From Eubacteriales bacterium (GTDB lineage Bacteria; Bacillota; Clostridia; Oscillospirales; CAG-272): a DNA stretch of 64,000 bases. The translations under genes and the position numbers were made by a program. The DNA lies in NCBI GenBank assembly GCA_045655185.1, contig JAZOOS010000034.1, positions 8,493-72,492 of the forward strand, in the 5' to 3' direction. Below the pieces are notes generated by a model, which ran no database searches, had not been told where the DNA came from, and was given only the letters and a program-made list of their open reading frames with translations. Positions 9,164 to 17,578 of the stretch are shown here, piece by piece (position 1 is the first letter of the stretch; every line of letters starts with the position of its first letter).

Positions 9164-10879
9164 ATGTTAAAACGCTTTTTATCCTATTATAAGCCGCACA
9201 AAAGGCTCTTTGCGGCCGATATGATCGCCTCTCTTTTGGTGGCGCTTACCGCCATTCTGTACCCGATGATCACACGGCGGATGCTCAACGATCTTATCCC
9301 AGGTCAGAAATATAAGCTGATCGTTCTTTTCGGTCTGCTTTTACTGTTGGTATACGTCGTTCGTATGCTTCTCAACTTTTTTATCCAGTATTACGGGCAT
9401 ATTATGGGCGTGCGTATGCAGGCCAAGATGCGAAGCGATATGTTCGGGCATCTTGAAAAGCTGCCGTATAGGTTTTTCGATAATAACGAGACCGGTAAGA
9501 TCATGTCCCGCATGACGAACGATCTGATGGATATCAGTGAGCTTGCGCACCACGGCCCCGAAAACATTCTGATATCGGGTATTTCGATCGTTATTTCCTT
9601 TACTTATCTGGCTACGATCCGCTGGGAGCTGACGCTGATCGTCTTTATTTGCGCCCCGATCCTTGCCGTTATTGCCGCTTCGCTTCGCAAAAGAATGAAG
9701 GAAGCATTTATGGAAAGCCGCAAATCGGTCGCCGTGATCAACGCTTCCTTGGAAAGCAGCATCACGGGGATCCGTGTCACCAAGGCCTTTAACAACGAAA
9801 CGGTAGAAGAAGAGAAGTTTGAGGAAGGAAACCGTTCCTTCGTGGCCTCGCGCAAAAAGGCCTATAACGCCATGGCCAAGTTTCACTCGTCCACGACCTT
9901 CGTTGCCGATATCTTTAACGTTATCGTTCTGATCGCCGGGGGGCTTTTCCTCTACAACGGCCTCATTAATTTTGCTGATTATTCGGCCTTCGTGGTCTCG
10001 GTGAATCTGTTTATTTCGCCCTTGATGACGCTGATCAACTTTATGGAGCAGTATCAGAACGGTGTTACCGGCTTCCGCCGCTTTATTGAAATTATGGACG
10101 AGCCGCCCGAGCAAAATCGAGAGGGCGCGCGCGATGCGGGGACGCTTATGGGGAAGATCGAATTTTCCTCTGTCACCTACGGCTACGGGGAAGAGGGAGA
10201 CGTTTTGAAAGATGTCAGCTTCACCGTGGAGAAGGGGAAGACCTTTGCTCTCGTCGGCCCTTCGGGGGGCGGTAAGACCACGATCTGCCATCTCATTCCG
10301 CGTTTTTATGACGTGGAGAGGGGCAAAATTCTGATCGACGGCGTGGATATTGCCGACTTTACGCGCGATTCGCTTCGCAAAAATATCGGTATCGTACAGC
10401 AGGACGTATACCTCTTTAACGCCAGTATCCGTGACAACATTCTCTATGGTAGACCCGAAGCGACCGAGGAAGAGGTGATCGAGGCGGCGAAGAAGGCGAA
10501 TATTCATGAGTACGTGATGGCGCTTGAAAAGGGCTATGATACCGAGATCGGCGAGCGCGGCGTGAAGCTTTCGGGCGGGCAGAAGCAGCGCTTATCTATC
10601 GCCCGCGTTTTTCTGAAGAATCCCCCGATCCTGATCCTTGATGAAGCGACGAGTGCCCTCGATAACGCCACCGAGATCTATATCCAGCAAGCGCTTGACG
10701 AGCTTTGCCGCGGCCGCACGACCTTGGTCGTCGCGCACCGTCTTTCCACCGTAAAGAACGCCGATGAGATCGCCGTTGTGGAAAACGGAAGCATCACCGA
10801 GCTGGGGGATCACGGAACCCTTCTTGAAAAGGGCGGCGTTTACGCCGGTCTTTATAACATGCAATTTAAGACCCGATAA
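9164..10879 (+). CDS. ABC transporter, fused permease and ATP-binding protein (MsbA/multidrug exporter type)
   Basis: Six-TM N-terminal domain. Walker A GPSGGGKTT, signature LSGGQKQR and Walker B ILILDEATSALD. The ATG at 9164 follows a GGAGG. Confidence 0.9.
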   Translation: MLKRFLSYYKPHKRLFAADMIASLLVALTAILYPMITRRMLNDLIPGQKYKLIVLFGLLLLLVYVVRMLLNFFIQYYGHIMGVRMQAKMRSDMFGHLEKLPYRFFDNNETGKIMSRMTNDLMDISELAHHGPENILISGISIVISFTYLATIRWELTLIVFICAPILAVIAASLRKRMKEAFMESRKSVAVINASLESSITGIRVTKAFNNETVEEEKFEEGNRSFVASRKKAYNAMAKFHSSTTFVADIFNVIVLIAGGLFLYNGLINFADYSAFVVSVNLFISPLMTLINFMEQYQNGVTGFRRFIEIMDEPPEQNREGARDAGTLMGKIEFSSVTYGYGEEGDVLKDVSFTVEKGKTFALVGPSGGGKTTICHLIPRFYDVERGKILIDGVDIADFTRDSLRKNIGIVQQDVYLFNASIRDNILYGRPEATEEEVIEAAKKANIHEYVMALEKGYDTEIGERGVKLSGGQKQRLSIARVFLKNPPILILDEATSALDNATEIYIQQALDELCRGRTTLVVAHRLSTVKNADEIAVVENGSITELGDHGTLLEKGGVYAGLYNMQFKTR

Positions 10880-10925
10880 GAAAAGCCCATAGAGGGCATA
10901 CCGAAAAAACCGAAGGAGGGCGCGA

Positions 10926-11339
10926 ATGAAAAGGATCTCTTTTTTGCTGATCTTATCCTTGCTGGCGATGCTTTTTTGCGGATGCGGCGAAGAAGCGCTC
11001 ACCGTTGAGGAATACGAGTGGGAGCTTATATGGGCCGTCAAAACCGATCTTGATAGCTTGGAAAATCAAGAGCTTTCCTTTAAAAACGTCTTTATGACGG
11101 CCGAAAACGGGCTGATCACGATCCGCGACGGCGAGGGAAAGACCTATTCGGGCGTCTACATCGAAAGGGGACGCAATATCGACGGGTATGACTATACGCT
11201 GACCATCGGCGGCTTCTCGGGGCACGCTACGGTTGCCAACACCACCTACCACGGCGGAGAAAAGATCCCCACGCTTCCCATCGCCATCACGCGGGGGAAC
11301 GAGCAGTATACCCTGAAATTCCAGCCCAAAGCACCGTAA
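10926..11339 (+). CDS. putative lipoprotein, function unknown
   Basis: Signal peptide with a lipobox-like LFCGC motif. Confidence 0.6.
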   Translation: MKRISFLLILSLLAMLFCGCGEEALTVEEYEWELIWAVKTDLDSLENQELSFKNVFMTAENGLITIRDGEGKTYSGVYIERGRNIDGYDYTLTIGGFSGHATVANTTYHGGEKIPTLPIAITRGNEQYTLKFQPKAP

Positions 11340-11343
11340 AGCA

Positions 11344-11375
11344 AAAAAGGAGCAAATGCTCCTTTTTCTTTTTAA
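11344..11375 (+). terminator. rho-independent terminator
   Basis: AAAAAGGAGC-AAAT-GCTCCTTTTT followed by a T-run. Confidence 0.6.
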
Positions 11376-11541
11376 AAAAATCCGAAAGAAAAGTGAAACG
11401 GCTCTTGCTTTTTTTTCTTTTTGTGTTATAATATATAAGGCGTTTTTTTGGGCTTATATCTCATTTTGCCCCTTTGCGTGTATAAAAAATGCGTAGAAAC
11501 ACGGAATTCGCCTAAGAAAAAATCATAAATGGGAGAGCAAC

Positions 11542-12711
11542 ATGGAAATCTGGAACGCACTGAAGACCCTCTTCAACGGCCTTGTCGGCTTTGCGGAGGG
11601 CGACAACTGGAAAATGATCCTGATGTGGATCATCGGCGGTGTACTGATCTACCTCGCCATTAAGAAGGAAATGGAGCCGACGCTTCTTTTACCTATCGGC
11701 TTTGGGGCGATCTTAATGAACTTCCCCGGCGTCGTAACGGTAGCTGAAAACGGTGAAGTGATCTATAACGGCATCGCGGAGCCCCTGCATACCCTGTATA
11801 CCGCGGGTATCGCGAGCGAGTTGTTCCCCCTGCTTCTGTTTATCGGTATCGGCGCGATGATAGACTTCGGGCCCCTGCTTAATAACCCGAAGCTGATGAT
11901 CTTCGGCGCGGCGGCGCAGTTCGGTATCTTCTTCACGCTTTGCATGGCTTCGATCTTCTTCCCCGAGGCAAAGGATTTCGCCTCGATCTCGATCATCGGC
12001 GCGGCAGACGGTCCGACCTCGATCGTCGTTGCCAACAAGCTCGGCTCGAACTTCATTGGCGCGATCACGGTTGCCGCTTATTCCTACATGGCGCTGGTGC
12101 CGATCATTCAGCCCCCTGTAATCAAGCTTCTTACCACTAAGGAAGAGCGCAAGATCCGTATGTCCTATAAGCAGACCGACGTTTCCAAGACCACCAAGAT
12201 CCTCTTCCCGATCGTTATTTCGGTCGTCGCTTGCATCTTTGCCCCCGGCGCAGGGTCGCTGATCGGCTTCCTTATGTTCGGTAACCTCATTCGTGAGTGC
12301 GGCGTTCTTGATTCGATCTCCGAGACCGCGCAGAAGGTGCTGGCGAACCTTATCACCATCTTCCTCGGCATCACCATCGCCTTTAATATGACCGCTTCGC
12401 AGTTCCTTAACGTTCAAACGCTTCTGATCATGGGTCTTGGTCTTATCGCCTTTATCGTCGATACGGCGGGCGGCGTTCTCTTTGCCAAGCTTTACAACGT
12501 TTTCGCCCGTATGACCAAGAAGGAGCTGATCAACCCCATGATCGGCGCCGCCGGTATCTCGGCCTTCCCGATGTCGGGTCGTATCGTTCATAAAATGGGT
12601 ATCCAAGAGGATCCGCAAAACTTCCTTCTGATGCATTCCATCGGGGTAAACGTATCGGGGCAGATCGCTTCGGTTATCGCGGGCGCCTTGGTTCTTGGCT
12701 TCTTTATGTAA
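11542..12711 (+). CDS. sodium ion-translocating decarboxylase subunit beta (OadB/GcdB/MmdB family)
   Basis: 389-aa polytopic protein. The N-terminus MEIWNALKTLF...WKMILMWIIGGVLIYLAIKKEMEPTLLLPIGFG is typical of the family. Confidence 0.8.
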   Translation: MEIWNALKTLFNGLVGFAEGDNWKMILMWIIGGVLIYLAIKKEMEPTLLLPIGFGAILMNFPGVVTVAENGEVIYNGIAEPLHTLYTAGIASELFPLLLFIGIGAMIDFGPLLNNPKLMIFGAAAQFGIFFTLCMASIFFPEAKDFASISIIGAADGPTSIVVANKLGSNFIGAITVAAYSYMALVPIIQPPVIKLLTTKEERKIRMSYKQTDVSKTTKILFPIVISVVACIFAPGAGSLIGFLMFGNLIRECGVLDSISETAQKVLANLITIFLGITIAFNMTASQFLNVQTLLIMGLGLIAFIVDTAGGVLFAKLYNVFARMTKKELINPMIGAAGISAFPMSGRIVHKMGIQEDPQNFLLMHSIGVNVSGQIASVIAGALVLGFFM

Positions 12712-12723
12712 GGAGGGAAAAAT

Positions 12724-12879
12724 ATGGAAAATTTGATTTTTAGCCCGATCGCTTTCGTTAATAACCTCGTTTATATGCTGGCCGGTATGCTGGGTGTTTT
12801 CCTCATCATCGGGATCATCATCGGCGCCACCGTCTGTCTGCAAAAGTATACGAGCAAGAAAAAAAGCGATAACGAATAA
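12724..12879 (+). CDS. 51-aa single-TM protein, possible OadG-like decarboxylase gamma subunit
   Basis: Not in the ORF track because it is under 60 aa. Sequence MENLIFSPIAFVNNLVYMLAGMLGVFLIIGIIIGATVCLQKYTSKKKSDNE. A GGAGGG sits 6 nt upstream, it starts 12 nt after the beta subunit, and a terminator follows. Confidence 0.45.
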   Translation: MENLIFSPIAFVNNLVYMLAGMLGVFLIIGIIIGATVCLQKYTSKKKSDNE

Positions 12880-12895
12880 GGTGTTTCGCCACGGA

Positions 12896-12933
12896 AAAAG
12901 AGGATATGGAAAGCGTATCCTCTTTTTTCTTTT
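12896..12933 (+). terminator. rho-independent terminator
   Basis: AAAGAGGATA...TATCCTCTTT followed by TTTTCTTTT. Confidence 0.6.
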
Positions 12934-13143
12934 GCGCGGCGCCCCTTCTGTTGACAAATTCCGAAAATATGGTAAATTTTTTGCGTGAAGAAATTTTTCT
13001 GAAAAAAGCTGCCCGTATACGGCCTTTTTGCCCGTTGCGTTGATAATCTCCGCCTTTATACCGTTGATTTTTCCACCGAAAAGCCGGATGCACGCGATGC
13101 GATGATGCTTGACCGCGTTATAGGGTTTAAAGAGGTATAAAGA

Positions 13144-13172
13144 AAAAGCACCAACCGCGGTTGGTGCTTTTT
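13144..13172 (-). terminator. terminator hairpin after the GH20-like tandem pair (symmetric)
   Basis: Perfect palindrome AAAAGCACCAACCGCGGTTGGTGCTTTT. Confidence 0.55.
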
Positions 13173-13186
13173 GAATTGTTTTTGCG

Positions 13187-15106
13187 TTATAGGACGATGC
13201 CGTCCTCACAGTCGGCCTCGCGCCGAATTCTGGCTTCGATCGTGGCCTTGATTGCCTCGTCACCGCCGCGGTGGAAGCCGATCAGCGATACGGGAATATC
13301 CGCGCGGTCCTCTCTCGGCCGATATACGATCGAAAGAAGCTCTTTGTCGGGATGCGGATCTTCATACAGCACGCGATAAGCAAAGCCGTCGCGGTAGGCA
13401 AGCGGCAAAACGCCGTAAGCCAGCTGGCGGAATTCGATGTTGTCGATCGCGTCGGTAAAGGTAGAAGAGCCGATATGCGAGCCGTAGCGGACGGGAAGCG
13501 TTGCTTCGGTTCCGTCAGCATACGTAAGATGATAGCGGCCGAGCAGATATTTTTCATCGGTGATGAAAACGCCGTCCCAAGCGGCTTCATAAGGGATGCG
13601 GTGAGGGGTGGTATGCGTAACCGTTAAGGGGTTTTTACGGTTGTTAAGGCAAAGCCGATAGGCTTCCTCAAAGCAAAGCGCATACATAGAAGCCGCCCCT
13701 CTTGCCTCGAAATCCTCGCACCAGAAGGCGTAGGCCGAGGAGAAGAGCTTGATATACATACAGTTCTTTTGCATGGTCTCGGTATCAAACGAGCTCCAGT
13801 TGGAAACGTAGCCGCCGTTGATGCCGCGGTCGCGCCGCATATTCCACTCTTTGATCAGAAGCGGTTCAAGGTTCCCAAAGACCGTGTGCATGCCGCGCGT
13901 GAGAAAGACGTTATCGTAATCCGAGCTTCTGTGCCAGAACCAATGCAGAATGTTGAGATCGCTCGGCAACAGATCGCGGCAGGGCCACAGGGAAGGCACG
14001 TGGGCGTCGCCCTTTCCGCTTCCCGCGCCGCCGATGCGGCGATGATTATTGCCGCGGCCGTTGATCAGCTTTTCGCCCCACATATAGGTCTTGATGCCGC
14101 GTTCCGCTAAAAAGTCATGGATCTTGATGATATCGTTGGCGTAAAGGATATGGGGCTTCGTGTTTTTGCAACGGGGGCAAACGCTGACCGAGTAGGCCTC
14201 GTCATGCCCGATATGTACGGCGTGGGGCTCGAATACGTCAATAACCTCTTCGAGAATATCGAAAACATACTTATACGTATCGGGATGGTTGGGGCAATAG
14301 CTGTCGGGATGCATATCCCCCTCGCGCTCGCGGATCTCGGGGTAAGCCATTACGAGATAGTCGGCGTGCGAAAGAAGCGGACATTCGGGCATAACGGTAA
14401 GCCCACGGGAACGGCAGTAGGCGATCAAGGTGCGAACCTCGTCCTGCGTCAGAATATCCCCGCCTGCGTTATCGCAGTGGATCGAATTCTTGTGCCACGG
14501 GTAGGTCTTTGTCTGAATTTCACGCGTTCTTCCCGAATAGCGGTGCATATCGCGGCAGAATTCGGCCCAGGTCTCGTTGATCTTCGGGTGGCGGCGGTAT
14601 TCCATCGCCCCGCCGACCTCAAGGATGATCGAGTTGAATTTATAGGTCGCCAGAAAATCGACCATGCGGTAGAAGTCCTCAAATCCCGCGCGCGCCGGTA
14701 AAAAGACACGGAAGCCACGCTCGGGCGCGATCGGCAGATCGTAAATAAATCCTTCAAAAAGCTCTCCGCCCTTGGCAAGCAGCGAAAGCGTGGCGGCGGC
14801 GTAAATACAGGCCTCTTGGCTCGCCGCGAAAACACGGGTGACCTTGCCTAAAATAATGGCGTAGGCCTCTTTGTTTTTTTGATAGGCCGCCCCGATTTTT
14901 TTCCGTACCGAGGAAGAGAAGCCGATCTTCCATTCGATGCTCTCAATGGCGTCCCCGTCCCCGCCTACGGCGGAGATAAGGGCGTTTTCGATGAAATCGG
15001 CATAGGTAAGATCGGTTGCCGAAAACTCGGTCTTGGGGGTAAAAACAATTCTTTTTTCGGTGGTTTCTAAAATGCGGTATTTAAAAAACATCTTTTTTTC
15101 CTCCAA
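13187..15106 (-). CDS. glycoside hydrolase family 20-like protein (putative beta-N-acetylhexosaminidase), paralog 2
   Basis: 639 aa with no signal peptide. A block matching the GH20 pattern (RGFRVFLPAR...VDFLATYKFNSIILEVGG) and HIGHDE in place of the GH20 H-x-G-G-D-E catalytic motif. Confidence 0.55.
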   Translation of the reverse strand: MEEKKMFFKYRILETTEKRIVFTPKTEFSATDLTYADFIENALISAVGGDGDAIESIEWKIGFSSSVRKKIGAAYQKNKEAYAIILGKVTRVFAASQEACIYAAATLSLLAKGGELFEGFIYDLPIAPERGFRVFLPARAGFEDFYRMVDFLATYKFNSIILEVGGAMEYRRHPKINETWAEFCRDMHRYSGRTREIQTKTYPWHKNSIHCDNAGGDILTQDEVRTLIAYCRSRGLTVMPECPLLSHADYLVMAYPEIREREGDMHPDSYCPNHPDTYKYVFDILEEVIDVFEPHAVHIGHDEAYSVSVCPRCKNTKPHILYANDIIKIHDFLAERGIKTYMWGEKLINGRGNNHRRIGGAGSGKGDAHVPSLWPCRDLLPSDLNILHWFWHRSSDYDNVFLTRGMHTVFGNLEPLLIKEWNMRRDRGINGGYVSNWSSFDTETMQKNCMYIKLFSSAYAFWCEDFEARGAASMYALCFEEAYRLCLNNRKNPLTVTHTTPHRIPYEAAWDGVFITDEKYLLGRYHLTYADGTEATLPVRYGSHIGSSTFTDAIDNIEFRQLAYGVLPLAYRDGFAYRVLYEDPHPDKELLSIVYRPREDRADIPVSLIGFHRGGDEAIKATIEARIRREADCEDGIVL

Positions 15107-15108
15107 TG

Positions 15109-17019
15109 TTATTCTTCTTCGTAAACGCCGTCCTCAACGTCGGCTTCACGGCGAATTTTTGCGGTGATCGTGGCTTCGACCGGCTCGTCGCCGCCGCGGT
15201 GGAAGCCGATAAAGGAAACCGGGATATCCTCCCGCCCTTCGGCGGGCTTATAAACGATTGAAAGAAGCTCTTTGTCGGGATGCGGGTCTTCATACAGCAC
15301 GCGATAAGCAAAGCCGTCACGGTAGGCAAGCGGCAAAACGCCGTAAGCCAGCTGGCGGAATTCGGTGTTATCGATCGCGTCACGGAAATCCGAGTTCCCG
15401 ATGTGCGAGCCATAGCGGACGGGAAGCGTCGCCTCGGTGCCGTCCGAATAGGACAGATGATAGCGGCCAAGCAGATATTTTTCATCGGTGATGAAAACAC
15501 CGTCCCAAGCGGGCTCGTAGGGAATGGTATGCGGGGTGGTGTGCGTAATAGTCATCGGATGCTTCAGGCTGTCACGGCACAGACGGTAGGCTTCCTCGAA
15601 GCAAAGCTTATACATATCGCCCGTGTCTCTTTTCTCAAAATCGTCACACCAGAAGGCGTAGGCCGCCGCAAAGAGGTTGATATACATAAAATTCTTTTGC
15701 ATCGTTTCGCTGTCAAACGAGCTCCAGTTCGAAACGTAGCCGCCCTTGATACCTCGCTCGCGGCGGTTATTCCATTTTTTCACGAGCAACGCTTGCAGGT
15801 TACCGTAGATCACGCGCATGTTTCGATCGTGATAGACGTCGTCGTTTTTATCGGTGTAGCGCCAATACCAGTGAAGATAGGTGATATCGCGCGGCATAAT
15901 GTCGCGGCACTTATAGAGGTCGGGAATACGCTCGTTTCCGTACATATACCCCGCGCCTCCGCAACGGCGGTTGTTCTCGGCACGCGCGTTGAGAAGCTTT
16001 TCCCCCCACATATAGGTCTTGATGCCGCGCTCGGCTAAAAAGTCGCGAAGCTTGATCACGTCGTTGGTGTAGATCTTATAGGGAGAGGTTCCGCGGCAGC
16101 GGGGGCAAACGCCGACCGAGTAGGCTTCATCGTGCCCGATATGCACGGCTTCGGGTTCAAAAACGTCGATGACCTCTTCGAGAACATCAAAAACGTATGT
16201 ATAGGTATCGGGATGATTGGGGCAATAGCTGTCGGGATGCAGATCCCCCTCGCGCTCGCGGATCTCGGGGAAGGCCATCACAAGATAATCGGCGTGGCAG
16301 AAGAGCGGGCATTCGGGGATAACGTTAAGTCCTCTTGAGCGGCAATAGGCAACGAGGGCACGAACCTCTTCCTGCGTTAAGACCTCTCCTCCCGCGTTAT
16401 CGCAATGGATCGAGTTCTTCTTCCAAGGATAGGTCTGCCATTGAATTTCGCGGGCACGCCCCGAATAACGATGCACGTCGCGGCAGAATTCGATCCAGGT
16501 CTCGTTGATCTTCGGGTGACGGTGATATTCCATGCCGCCGCCGACCTCGATAATGATCGAGTTGAATTTATAGGTCGCCAAAAAGTCGACCATTTTATAA
16601 AAGGCATTAAAATCGCTTCGGGCAGGCAAAAAGACGCGAAAGCCGCGCTCGTCCCCCAGCGGGACGTCGTACAGAAAGCCCTCGCAAAGCTCGCCGTCAT
16701 GCGCAAGCAGCGAAAGCGTGGCGGCGGCGTAAATAAACGCCTTCTCGCTCGCGGCAAAAACACGGGTTACCTTACCGAGAACGATGGCGTAGCCTTCGTC
16801 ACACTTTTGATAGGCCGCCCCGATCTTCTTTTTGATCGCGGGAGAAAAGCCGAGCTTCCATTCGATGCGCTCAATGGCCTCACCGTCCCCGCCTACGGCA
16901 GAGGTAAGGGTGGCGGTGATGAAGTCGGTGTAGGTAAGCATCGCGCTTGCAAGATAGGTTTGCGGCGAAAGGATAAGCTTTTTATCGGTCGCTTGAAAAA
17001 TGCGGTAAGTAAAAAACAT
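15109..17019 (-). CDS. glycoside hydrolase family 20-like protein, paralog 1
   Basis: 636 aa, collinear with and highly similar to 13187-15106 along its full length. Only 2 nt separate the two genes. Confidence 0.55.
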   Translation of the reverse strand: MFFTYRIFQATDKKLILSPQTYLASAMLTYTDFITATLTSAVGGDGEAIERIEWKLGFSPAIKKKIGAAYQKCDEGYAIVLGKVTRVFAASEKAFIYAAATLSLLAHDGELCEGFLYDVPLGDERGFRVFLPARSDFNAFYKMVDFLATYKFNSIIIEVGGGMEYHRHPKINETWIEFCRDVHRYSGRAREIQWQTYPWKKNSIHCDNAGGEVLTQEEVRALVAYCRSRGLNVIPECPLFCHADYLVMAFPEIREREGDLHPDSYCPNHPDTYTYVFDVLEEVIDVFEPEAVHIGHDEAYSVGVCPRCRGTSPYKIYTNDVIKLRDFLAERGIKTYMWGEKLLNARAENNRRCGGAGYMYGNERIPDLYKCRDIMPRDITYLHWYWRYTDKNDDVYHDRNMRVIYGNLQALLVKKWNNRRERGIKGGYVSNWSSFDSETMQKNFMYINLFAAAYAFWCDDFEKRDTGDMYKLCFEEAYRLCRDSLKHPMTITHTTPHTIPYEPAWDGVFITDEKYLLGRYHLSYSDGTEATLPVRYGSHIGNSDFRDAIDNTEFRQLAYGVLPLAYRDGFAYRVLYEDPHPDKELLSIVYKPAEGREDIPVSFIGFHRGGDEPVEATITAKIRREADVEDGVYEEE

Positions 17020-17165
17020 AAATGCACCCCCTGCTTAATATCATAATAATATCATATTACCGTATAAAAAGCAAGGCTTTTAAGGGACTTTTGTCGATCG
17101 CGCCGCGCTTTTTTTGTCACCCGGCGCGCGCGGCCGAAATTTTTTTAAAAAAAACGAAAAAAACC

Positions 17166-17193
17166 TTGATTTTTTTGGAAAAATAAGTATAAT
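17166..17193 (+). promoter_or_regulatory. candidate sigma-A promoter of the feo operon
   Basis: TTGATT, 16-nt spacer, TATAAT. Confidence 0.4.
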
Positions 17194-17238
17194 AATATTA
17201 TAGTTAGCCATAGGTAACTGAAAGGTAGAAAACGAAGA

Positions 17239-17451
17239 ATGACCTTAATGAACGCAGAAGAAGGAAAAGAGTATACCGTCTCGGCCGTTAAGACCGAGGA
17301 TGGGGAGCTTAACGCCTTTTTATTTTCGCTTGGGTGCTATGCGGGTGAGCCGATCACCGTGATCAAGCGACGCAAAAGCGGATGCATCGTTTCGATCAAG
17401 GATGGGCGATACAGCATTGACCGTGCCCTGGCACAAGCCATTCATATTTAA
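17239..17451 (+). CDS. feoA: ferrous iron transport protein A
   Basis: 70-aa FeoA-like SH3 protein located upstream of feoB. Confidence 0.85.
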   Translation: MTLMNAEEGKEYTVSAVKTEDGELNAFLFSLGCYAGEPITVIKRRKSGCIVSIKDGRYSIDRALAQAIHI

Positions 17452-17578
17452 AGGAACGGCCGCGCCGGCTTTTCTTTTTGGTGCTTGGTTAGCGATGGGT
17501 AACCGATTTTTTCTTGTAAATAACCGATATTTTGTCTGATTTGTAAATCTTACGTATGGTTTTGGAGGATAGTGACGT

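Noticed and set aside
12951-13143. Promoter-like TTGACA...GGTAAAT followed by ~190 nt and the 13144-13172 hairpin, as a possible sRNA
   Set aside because: The hairpin is best explained as the terminator of the convergent GH20-like operon. There is no clear structure or ORF in between, and the -10 element is weak.
11713-13263. 516-aa minus-strand ORF, and similar long ORFs at 39170-41377, 47671-48960, 61019-62713, 37501-38844, 9341-10507 and 8554-9165
   Set aside because: All lie antisense to well-supported genes (the oadB-like gene, the ligase fusion, the M20 peptidase, mutS, the LeuA-like gene, the ABC transporter, and FTR/trxA). Their translations are Arg/Gly/His-rich and low in complexity with no motifs. 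These are typical shadow ORFs in GC-rich DNA.
17185-17205. Canonical Fur box at the feo promoter
   Set aside because: The 7-1-7 palindrome does not align well with TGATAAT-N-ATTATCA when registered properly. It is kept only as a generic palindrome in a low-interest finding.
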